A stretch of 64,000 bases of DNA from Hydrolagus colliei. Taxonomy: Eukaryota. The translations under genes and the position numbers were made by a program. The DNA is taken from contig CM068750.1 of NCBI GenBank assembly GCA_035084275.1, positions 6,696,001-6,760,000 on the forward strand, given 5' to 3'. A model generated the notes under the pieces. That model saw only the letters and a list, made by a program, of their open reading frames with translations. It was not told the origin of the DNA and did not search any database. This document shows, in pieces, positions 15,001 through 25,209 of this stretch. Positions within the stretch are counted from its first letter, which is position 1; each line of letters begins with the position of its first letter.

Positions 15001-15039
15001 GTCAGGAGGAGGATTTTACAAATGTAATTTTTTTAATGA

Positions 15040-15288
15040 TTATGGGAGGGGGCGGGGCCCAAAGGGTTGTCAATCACCGGCTGGCCTGACTGACGCACTC
15101 CCGTTGATGACGGCATCACGTTGCCCCCGACCTGACGTGACGTTGCGGAGCGGCTCGGCTGTACCGGCTGTGCTGAGTGACGGCGGTTCCACGTTACTGC
15201 ACCTCCCCCCACTCCCTTTTCTTACCTCCCCCTCCCCCCCCCCCCCCCCCTCTCACACACACACTCACTCAATCACCGGGGGTCTAAC
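15040..15288 (+). promoter_or_regulatory. RTRAF CpG-island promoter/5'UTR
   Basis: local CpG enrichment, GC box GGGGCGGGG about 15049, five TGACG half-CRE sites 15091-15182, pyrimidine tract before the ATG. Confidence 0.75.
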
Positions 15289-15349
15289 ATGTTCCGGAGG
15301 AAACTAACGGCTTTAGAATATCATAATAGCAGCGCGTTTGACTGTAAAG
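15289..15349 (+). CDS. RTRAF: RTRAF exon 1
   Basis: MFRRKLTALEYHNSSAFDCK; donor AAAG|gtacgg. Confidence 0.94.
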
Positions 15350-18300
15350 GTACGGAGTGGAGGTGGTGGGGGAGGCGAGAGGGGGCGGGGGCTGGTGGGG
15401 TGGGGTGGTGGGGGTTTCAGGCTGGTAATGGCACCGGGCGGCCTAGGCCCAACCCGTGGGGAGAGGGAGGGGGTGGAGGGCGATGCTGCAGCGTGTGTGG
15501 GTCTCGCCAACACCCTGTCTGGAAGAGAGAGAGAGAGGGAGGGAGAGGATAGGGTTGGAGGTGGGGGAGCCGGCTTTTTTCTTCCCTTTCCAACTTGCCT
15601 TCCCCTGTCCCACCCCTGGCTTGTGAATCATGGTGATTGATAATGATCTTTTGCATTTGAAATTTATTGTAAGAATAATAATAATAATACTTGCATTTGA
15701 TACAGCCGCTTTTCACGTCTTCGAGACGTGTGCTCAAAACGCTTCACAGAATATACTGCCAAGTGAATTGACCGTATATTTGTGGGCGAAACGCGGCGGC
15801 CAATGGCGCACAGCAGTGCCCCACAAACAGTGGTGGGATTGAGTGATCAAATTATTATTCATTTTTTGAGGGATTATTACTAGGCGTCAGCCTGTAATAG
15901 GAACCTAGGAAAAGCTAGACATAAGTAAAAACCAAGGTCCACACAGTTCACATTCCACATCCTGAACTACTCATATATCCCAAATATTGCCTCAGAAAAG
16001 AATTTGCATTTGAAAAGATTGAACATTTTCTTCCACCATATCCCTAGACTCTAGGGCCTAGAGGGACGGTTTTATAGATTTAACACTCATTCATTTATAT
16101 ACGCTTTCATCACAATTGGTCACCTCCAAGTGGTTTACAGAATTGACTTGGGAACCTGAGCTTGGAATGGGAGCAATTGAAAAAGTTGGGGGAGGAAAGG
16201 TGACCAAAAGTGCATTCAAACAGAAAAGTCTTGAGGAAAATAAGTATATATTCTACTAATTTTCCCATATGGACACAATTGTTCCAATAAAACATGAAGT
16301 CAAAGCATTATCATTGATCAATGTAAATGTAACTGTGTATGGCTGTTTGTGGGACTTTCGTCTGCAAATTCATAGGCCCAACATTTACAGTGAAACCATG
16401 TGAAGTACTTAGAGACATTTTGACAATGTGATGAAGCATTATATCATCTCCTCGCTCAGCTGTAAAACACTAGAAGTAAACAATATCAACATATGAAGTG
16501 GTTGCATTCCAAAGCTACAATGCAAATGATAATTATTGATACTTTAATGAGATATTTTTGCTTGTGACATTAGCTTTAAATTTGTTTTTGTCTCTTTGAA
16601 TTCCTAATGTTGAAACGTTAACAGTCTGACCTTAACGTTATTTGCAACCATAATTGATTTATTTTGTGAAATAGCTCCAATTTAGTGATCTAGGAAAAGT
16701 CCCTCTCTTGCAGGTGAATTATGTTTGTTTCATATTTTGAAACTTTTAAATTTATTCTTAATATATTTAAAATATTTTTTAACAAAGAAGTGGTAAATTT
16801 GTTAATGTGGGAATTGGTACTTGCTTTTGGTAAGTCTGGATTTGTTGGCCATGATGTATTTTCAACCTCTTGACGAGATTGTTGCTTCAGGCCCAGCACT
16901 GAAGGGAGTGGTTGGAGGTCAGAAATGCTGAGAGATAAGAGCCCTTCGCAGTAGTTGTACAAAAAAAGAGCAATTTATCCTGATGTTCTGGACAACTATT
17001 CTTTGAATTATTCGTTCGTTGATTGTTTGTGGGACCTTGTTGGTATAAGCGGCTGTTGCGACTTCGCAGACAGCAACTACAATTGACAGCAGTTTCCCTT
17101 GAAGCGCTTTGAGACATGATATCATAAAGTGCATTAAAAAAAATTATTTCTTTAGATGACATGGAATTTAAAAATTTAATTGTGTGGCTTGAAGATCAGA
17201 AGATACGACATTATAAGATTGAAGAGAGAAGCAATCTAAGAAATATACACAGTGTTGAATGGCTAAAATACTTTGCAAAGGTGAGCACTAATTTGGAGAG
17301 AGACATTTGTGTTAAATATTTATGTTTCCTCAAAAATCATCTAGTTTGTTGAGATGATGTATTTAGCAATGATTAGAGTCACCACCACTTCATGCTCCAT
17401 TATAGAGATGTGAATCCGTTTGAGTGTGAGTAATAGTGATTTCAGATTGCTCTGAAATGTCGCAGAACTGATTGATTTAGTATTTTTCTTGGAATGTAAC
17501 CAACTACTGACAAATACAGTTAACAATGGTTCGAATAAAATTTTAATTTTTAATTTTATAAATACTTATCGAGCACCGACTTATAGCCTTATGTGAAGTG
17601 AATTTGTCCTTTAACTTGATGGGTAGACCTATGTCATTTTCAATTTATATATAATAATATATAAAATTATTTAATAGTATATATTTACAGGCTGATATTT
17701 CTGAATGTGATAATCCACATTATCCATTTCAAAGTTTCAGGCACCATCATAAATTTACTATCCTATTTAAAATCAAAATGCAACTTTGATTCAGCTAAGA
17801 ATCTGTAATGCTATTGTATGGAAATCCGGCTGAATTGCTGGTGATCTTCCAAATTCCAATGCTATGAGATATCTCGAAGACGCTATATCAAATGCAAGTA
17901 TTGTTGTTATTTATTATTATTATATTTTATTTAGTACCTAGCAGATGTAGCCTGTCCATTCAAGGCTGAAGAAAAGCAGGAAAGTGTTGACTGGCTTCTA
18001 GGCTTGGCTGTGAGACTTGAATATTCAGATAATGGTATGCATCTTCTTTATCATTTATTAAATATTGTTGATTATTTGTAATGTCCACAAAGGAAGCAAA
18101 CTAATCTTTAAACCTACTTGAATTGTGTACCTTCTGAGGGTTTTTTTTAATGACGTGTTCAAGTCTTGTGTGTCATCATGGCTCAGTTGGTTGTAGTTTT
18201 TATTTAAGTTGACATATTTTTTAATGTATAGTCAAACTTATTGCATATTTAGTGAATCATTTTGAATCCTTTTCCCCCAATACAGTGGATAAATACAAGA

Positions 18301-21300
18301 ATTGTACTGCAGCCAGTGTAAAAATTGCTCCAAAAGGTGCAGATCCTCTTGTTAATTTGGATGGTAAGTATTGAATTATTTGCTAAATGACAAGGATATT
18401 TACCCAGGGAGAGCTTATTTTAAGAGTAATTGGGTGGTTAGTCGCTTGGGCAAGTCTAGAGTAACTGAAGCTGCATACAGTGTGGTACAAAATCTTATTT
18501 TAAAATTTGCTGTAGGAAGTTTAACATTTATTGTAGCAACTCTTGCTTTGTTAATTCTGGTATAATCGACACAAAACTAGAAACTTAGTGTATTTTTTAA
18601 AAAGTGAGTTTTGCTGAAATTCGTTGTACAGTATTTACACATTGTATTATCTTAGCTGTATTGTCACAGCTAAATTTCTGAATTGTAAGAGAAGTAGTCT
18701 ACCTGAAGAGGGTGCTATGTGCAAACATCATTTGTACAACATTAGATTGTGCCTCATTCTGTCGTCTGTCTGTCTTTCGATTGTACATTTTTCAGTTGTG
18801 TTAGTGGGCTGATCAGTAAATGGAAGATTTTTTTCTTTTTTCTGTTCACCTACAAAGATTTTGAATTATTTCTCTTTTACAGCTAACAACCCTGACTTTA
18901 AAGCTGGTGTAATGGCATTAGCCAACCTTTTACAAATCCAGCGCCATGATGACTATATGGTAATGTTGAAGGTATGTATTGCCATTGTGGATATTATCCT
19001 GCGTGGCTTTCGTAATTTGAGTAAAACAGTTCAGATTACGTATCATTGCATGTTCCTACTGGGGAGGAATTTTAACAAAAGATGTATATTGACACTTTAT
19101 AATAATAATAATAATAATCCTTGCGTATTGCATAGCATTTTATCACATCTTGGAGACATCTGAAAGCACTTCACAGATCAATTGTAAAGTATAATTTGTG
19201 AAATTTCCTCAGATATACTTTCTAAGATACATGTCAATATATTGATCAGTATATGTTGTATGTAAATGGGTATATTTATATAATTATAAATGGTGCCGGT
19301 AGCTCAGTGGTTAAAACATTTGTCTTACAAGCGAGAGACCTGGGTTTGATTCCAGGCAGGGAAAAACCTTGGGCAAGTTTCCTTATTCCACACGCCTGAT
19401 AATAATTCCTCAAGAAAAACGATAACAAATCGGTCTTTCCAATCCACGACTGTTTGTGGGACACTGCTGTGCACAATTGGCTGCTGCGTTTGTCCATAAA
19501 TATAGAATCAATTCACTTTACTGAATTGTAAATTTACAATTTACTGAATTTACAGCAAAAAAAATTCTGTGAGGCACTTTAGAGCCATCTAGAAGACATG
19601 AGAAGCGCTGTACCAAATGCAAGGATTATTGTTAATTAAATTGCAAATTTTCTTTATTACTACTGCATCCATTTCTATCACTATCTACAAATTTATTGCA
19701 GTTAGAAATGTATTTTTGTGACTTTGAAGATAGATTGTAAGCCTTTCTAAAAGTGTGAGTATAGCTTTACTCTCACAGCCTGGAGGGTAAAATTCTCACC
19801 TAATGTAGCATTAACCCACACACATCAACAGGTCAGAGGTTCAGTTCCTGGTCTTTGCTGAGTTAGCTGATCTCAACCAGAATTGAGGATAGAGGCACTA
19901 CATTTGGCCTTCGCTCCCCTGGGCTTGGGAGGGGGGAAATCAGTCATGGTGTCCTGTGCCTTATTGCTAACCAGTGTGAACACTGCAAGAAGCAGCATGT
20001 GTCAGTGGCACTTGAAAATAAGGTGATGCTTTCTCTCTCCCTGTACAAAAAAAAACCTTTCTAAAACAAAAATAATAAAATTGCCAGTTTTCGTTCCTTA
20101 TGATTATGTTCATCCACTAACCAGAGTCACTACACTTTACAGAGTATCCAGTGAAACACTTTGGGACTCCCAATGCAAAAGGTGCTTTGGCTTCTGTCAT
20201 GAAAGAAATTGGTGCAACTGATTCCTTATTAATCCTAACTGTTATTAATTTTATGCAAATGGTAAGATGTTACTTTTGCCACTCACTACCCAGAACGTTC
20301 TTAGTTAGATTAGAAGTATACTTTGCAGCTGACCCGTCTATTCTCAAAAGAGATTTTCTTCTTTATTACCTTGACATCTTTTTAATTTGGTTCCAGGCAA
20401 TTCGTATTTTGGTACAAGAACGTTTAAGTCAAGAGGCCATTGCAAAGTCAAACCGGTCAAAGGAGGTAAACCATATTTCCAATACCTGTTCTGTACAAAG
20501 ATTCCAATTTTATTTTGTTTCAAGCTTTTTTGAGCATAATGACTACAATTAAACAGATACAGTGAATCTTGTTGGCTGAGTTCTGAAAGCTAAATGTTTT
20601 ATTGTTCCCAGAAATGGGAATATGTGTAAACATTTGTGTGTTTTCAAGGTTTTAAATATATAGTCGTCGCTTGACTGGCTTTTGGGACTAATAGTTTTTT
20701 CACCGTGGATGTTTTGATAAAACGGTGGTGTTTAAAATGTTCAATGTAATTCTTTACAACAAACAGTAGATATATATCATGTTATGTTTGTCAATGTCTT
20801 TATAGTTGCACATTTGTTTTTCAGGGTTTAACTGTGTCTTTAGATAAACATTATCTTGGCTTTGATACTGGAGGTAAGCAACCTTTTTCATCAGTGGGAT
20901 TGACCCCCTAATTATAGTTTGTGAATAATGGAGAAACTTGAATGGAGTAAAACACTCTCCCAGCCAGCTGTTACTGCTTGTTATAACACAATTAAGGGGT
21001 TCTGTGGTGTCAATCTGCAAGACAAGACTGAACTTCATGCAGTTATTGGAACGTTGAGATTGAGTTACAGCAAGCACTAAGAACAAGGCTTCATTTATTG
21101 AAGCCTTGAGATTAGGTTGTGCCATTGCACAATCTACTTGGGTGCGCAAGACTGAATACCTTTGATATGTTTAACCTTCATTTTTTCTGTTTCTATTAAG
21201 TTTAGCTATTCGTGGTTAAATTTGCTGATTAAAATGTGGGTCAAGTCTTGCCATCTATTATGTCAACTCTGTTTTGAAAGAGAGAGGATTGATGTAGGCA

Positions 21301-21960
21301 AATTGGATTTGTTACCAACCTGTCCGCTCCCACAACTCAGTGGGCTCCAGCCCGCTTCACATCCCCCACCTCGCCTGCCCCACAATTTGCGGGGGGACCT
21401 TCAGTTATTCTGCACCCACCCTACGGAACTCCTGCAATCCCTCCCCCTTGCCTCCTTCAAGACCCATTTCAAGACCCTTCTCTTAAACCATGCCTTCGAT
21501 CACCCTCCTTCCGCTCCTGCCCTCCACCCTCCCTGAGCTCCAGTTCGGGTCCAAAACATTGATTGTCCAGCTTCTTGGGACATCCTCCCAGCGTGAAAGG
21601 TACTATACAAATGTAATTTTGTACTGCCTTATTTTGTATTGCCTTTTCTATTTACAATATCGAGCTAGTTATATATATTTTTGAGAGATTAAACTTGTTT
21701 TCATTACCTAGGTAGTAAACTAGATTGAATTTCAACATATTGATGTTCATGATAATCTACAGTAGATGTAATTTTTTTGATGTTCATGTGGTGTATTGTT
21801 GATAGATGCCACCTTGAATGAGGCTGCAACAATTCTGCGGTTGCTACACATAGAGGAGTTACGAGACCTTCAAACCAAGATTAACGAAGCCATCGTAGCT
21901 GTCCAGTCAATAATAGCTGATCCCAAAACAGATCACAGGCTGGGAAAAGTTGGAAGATAA
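15289..21960 (+). CDS. RTRAF: RNA transcription, translation and transport factor (C14orf166/CLE/CGI-99; tRNA-ligase complex subunit), 8 exons, 241 aa
   Basis: join(15289..15349,17156..17280,17935..18034,18286..18363,18883..18971,20397..20465,20825..20873,21806..21960) = 726 nt; MFRRKLTALEYHN...LIVWLEDQKIRHYKIEER...ADPKTDHRLGKVGR*. Confidence 0.97.
15672..15890 (-). mobile_element. SINE, 5'-truncated
   Basis: (AAT)n tail plus cttgcatttgata...cttcacagaatatactg...cccacaaacag. Confidence 0.85.
16890..17150 (+). mobile_element. old DeuSINE ending at the RTRAF exon 2 acceptor
   Basis: Deu-like body, tgtttgtgggacc core, gaagcgctttgagac tail. Confidence 0.6.
17156..17280 (+). CDS. RTRAF: RTRAF exon 2
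   Basis: DDMEFKNLIVWLEDQKIRHYKIEERSNLRNIHSVEWLKYFAK; tttag| and |gtgag. Confidence 0.95.
17935..18034 (+). CDS. RTRAF: RTRAF exon 3
   Basis: YLADVACPFKAEEKQESVDWLLGLAVRLEYSDN; |gtatg. Confidence 0.95.
18286..18363 (+). CDS. RTRAF: RTRAF exon 4
   Basis: VDKYKNCTAASVKIAPKGADPLVNLD; |gtaag. Confidence 0.92.
18883..18971 (+). CDS. RTRAF: RTRAF exon 5
   Basis: ANNPDFKAGVMALANLLQIQRHDDYMVMLK; |gtatg. Confidence 0.95.
19292..19632 (+). mobile_element. tRNA-derived SINE, full length
   Basis: gtagctcagtggttaaa A box, cttacaa loop, ggtttgattcc B box, core, aaatgcaaggattatt tail; inverted tail fragment at 19100-19190. Confidence 0.88.
19815..20040 (+). mobile_element. AmnSINE2-like ancient SINE
   Basis: ggttcagttcctggtctttgctgagttagctgatctca...cactacatttggcc...cccctgggcttgggaggggggaaatcag. 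Confidence 0.6.
20397..20465 (+). CDS. RTRAF: RTRAF exon 6
   Basis: AIRILVQERLSQEAIAKSNRSKE; |gtaaa. Confidence 0.94.
20825..20873 (+). CDS. RTRAF: RTRAF exon 7
   Basis: GLTVSLDKHYLGFDTG; |gtaag. Confidence 0.94.
21320..21625 (+). mobile_element. L2 LINE 3' end
   Basis: SLPLASFKTHFKTLLLNHAF ORF2 C-terminus plus cttgggacatcctcccagcgtgaaagg tail. Confidence 0.8.
21806..21960 (+). CDS. RTRAF: RTRAF exon 8 (last coding)
   Basis: DATLNEAATILRLLHIEELRDLQTKINEAIVAVQSIIADPKTDHRLGKVGR*. Confidence 0.96.
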
Positions 21961-22086
21961 TCAACAGATGGAAATAGTTCACCATTTGTACAGCCTTTCA
22001 GTTTTTTTTCTTTGAGATGTGAAAGGAGATGAATTGTATTGACCTGGATAATCAAATTCAACTGACACGAATGTGATGAATTTTTC

Positions 22087-22126
22087 AATAAAATTGATCC
22101 AATATTAACTTAACTACTGAAATAAA
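22087..22126 (+). terminator. RTRAF polyadenylation signals
   Basis: AATAAA at 22087 and 22121 followed by GT-rich gtttgtttt. Confidence 0.6.
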
Positions 22127-25100
22127 AAAGAAAGTTTGTTTTAAGCATTATTAAATTGGAACAAAGCACGACAATAGGTGGGTATAAGAGAGTTGTGTTT
22201 CATTAGACACATCTAAAGTGTCATACAGTATTTTGTACAATGAATTTGACAGCAAAAGTATATAATTAACATTTGTTACATGCCAATTTTACAATTTAAG
22301 TTGGACAGTAAGGAGAAACTTTACATGGATTAATACGAGCAATTCTTAAATGATATTCAAATACAAAACGACTTACAAAAACTCAGTGAAATGCATGACT
22401 GTACATAAATCAGATTACAGTTGGCCAACAATTTAACATTGTATGCTAAATGTTAGAAAAGGATAATACTGTAGATTATTGAAGCATACCATTGGAGAAT
22501 TGCACATTTTAATTTGCAAAGACAGAAACTCACAAACTGAACTTGAGTGAGGATACCATTGTGGGTTTTTGTGCTGTTGGTGCCATTTGAAAATGAACAG
22601 TTTAGATCTGAAATATAATCTTAAAAGGAGCCTAACATAGTGTACTGTTTAAATGTAATAGAAGCTTTAAAGGTTTCACCTTTACTACTTCAGAGAGTAG
22701 GCCCATTCCTTCTCTGGTGTAGTATATGTGTGTTCCTAGTTACGGGGGGAAGGTTGTGACATTTCCTAAATGTTATACTGGGAAGCATTTGAAGCATAGC
22801 TAGTCTTCATCCCATTGTAACCATAAATTATGCTTCAAAAATACTAATTACAGGCAGTCTAAGATGAAACGTTTTGTGTAATGCTCCTTTGTGTGACATG
22901 AATAGAAATTGCTGCCCATGACTCAGTTTTTCATGCTCGTGGTTGCCAAATGGGAATCGAATGATGTCAAGAGAATGCTATACCAGGAGGGGAGTGCAAA
23001 ACAAATGGCGGTGAAACATACGGTTGTCTTTCACAACACTTGAGTATTAAGTGATACAACTATTTACATGTTTGTAATCTAGAATTCTGAAAAGGGCCAC
23101 TTAGATTTTCAGTTTATTTCTGATATCTGAGAATATGTGAATCGATTCTTTTTGTTGGCCTATTTTATACATGGAAATAATTGCACCTCATTAATTAACT
23201 TTTGTTTTCCCCTATTGATATTTCTTGACCATATTGAATGTCTATTTGAATCACATTTAATATTCAATATGCTACAACTGCCAGCTGTAAGATAAATGTT
23301 TCAGTTTAGGAGGAGTGAACTTTATACACCAATACTTGTTAAACGAGCAAGCTTCAGAGATTAGTGATGAAAAACCAATTGAAATCCAATTTCTTATCTC
23401 CCCTGCCTATTATTGAGTGCTTGCTTTGAGATTTTCAAATCCTTATATAGGATTCCTTATATAGAATCCACATATACAGGCTGAAAACACCACGGGTCAG
23501 AAGTTCAGCAAGCAATTTTGCAAGTGGAGAATTTTATTGTATAATGTAGCCAATTTGCTATAACTTTATGTAGATCAATAACATCTATCTAAAGAACTGT
23601 ATGTAACCAGTATTAAATAAATTACCCATTATTCCAGCATAACTGACATTTTTAGGCTTATTTAGGCACTTTTAAAGAAAAATATGAAGTAACTATCAAG
23701 AAAATGTTTTTTTTTGCAGCTTCCCTGATGGTTTAGTAACTTTAGTGGATAAGAGTAATGTACAATGTCTCTTGTCAGGCCACATTTCATCCCTTGTGAC
23801 ATGCAGCTGTAAAATTACATCCCAGAATTTACTATTAGTCAATTTCAGCCCAAATGCCAATGGATCAATTGTAATTGATGTTGCCCCTGAATTACTTTTG
23901 AATCACGTGTGAAGAGCTATTTGGGCAAGGTAGCTTGTGAAACAGGACCCCAATACTACCTGGAGGATTTAGCAGGGGGAGAAAACACTAAAATCATGCT
24001 GGGGCTCGAATGCTCTACATACCACAAGATTAATTTCACATTTCTGAAACTGAATATAAGGGAACCTTGTTATAAGGGTGGTCGCCGGTCTCAGCAGCCA
24101 TGTTACAAATAAATCGTGAAAAATAACTGAATTCCACGTTGTCAGGTTAGTGTTGATATCACTTCTAAGCACATTGTACTCTTACAAGTAGGAAACATTA
24201 CCCTATTCCCTTGCAGTGCCTAGTGTGCCCTTGTCTTTGGTCTACCTCACTGGTAATTAATCTTAGTATACACCTCAAAATGTATCCAAACTATTCTCAA
24301 AAGGTAAAAAATAAACGACTATTTTAAACTTATTATTACAATATAATGTATAGGTCTTTAATAATGAATAGGTTTTTAACAATTAAAATTGATATTATAG
24401 CTGTTCCCTGTTAGTCCATGTGGGATGATAACTCCTACTTGAATTAGTTTTAGTCAACAGGGAACTGACTATTTGAACCAAAAAATTCAAGTTCTTCCCA
24501 TAAAGTCAATTTTTCTATGGATTACCATTACTGGAACACAATGAATCTCCACCAGCACTGTTTCATATGCTGGAACAGTAACAATTTTGGTAACATACCT
24601 ATTGTGTTAGATTTTTTTTCGTACTTTTGACATAAGGTTTATTGGCGCGCAACGCAAGATCAGTATTAAATGGAATGATTCTTCCTGTAAATTCAGGCAG
24701 TAAAGATGTGAGAAAGTGGTTGCTTTAATTTTTTTTTAATCTTTCAGAAATTTTACTGTTTATTCCTATCAAAGTTATGCCATGAGATGTTGATTTCTCC
24801 CACTGCAATGATAATTTTTCTGGAACCACCCCCCCCCCACACACAGAGTTAGTCCCTGGCTTTAATCCTTAAAATTTGTTTTCAGAATAGAAGGGACTAG
24901 ATTATCTAAAATACAGTACAAGGACAGTAAAGTATTGGGGGGAGGAGGAGAAAAGGTAACGAGGTATACAAAAATCTTCCAAACGTAGTTACTATAACAT
25001 ATGTAACTCATTTTAAAAGCTGGTAAATGATCTGTTTACTTCCCTGCTGAATTAATGATAATTATATGGAAAGTTTGGGGGTGGGAGAGGGGTGGGTGGG

Positions 25101-25198
25101 GGGGTGGAGTTATACATCAGTCTGTCTGCAACACTCTGGACTGGAATACCCTCTTCCTCCAGATGTAGCGGGCATCAAGGCTTGTTACCAGCAGAGTG

Positions 25199-25209
25199 TT
25201 ATTTTCTTC
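25199..25209 (-). CDS. NID2: NID2 last coding exon (GRK*)
   Basis: ccttctggcag|GA AGA AAA TAA. Confidence 0.88.

Noticed and set aside
14999-15842. Cluster of Gly/Pro-rich ORFs around RTRAF exon 1
   Set aside because: GC-rich, G-run low-complexity sequence of the CpG island; only 15289-15349 is coding
24397-24472. SECIS element to recode the stop in TY exon C
   Set aside because: The stop is UAG, not UGA, and the hairpin lacks the AUGA/GA quartet spacing and apical AA loop
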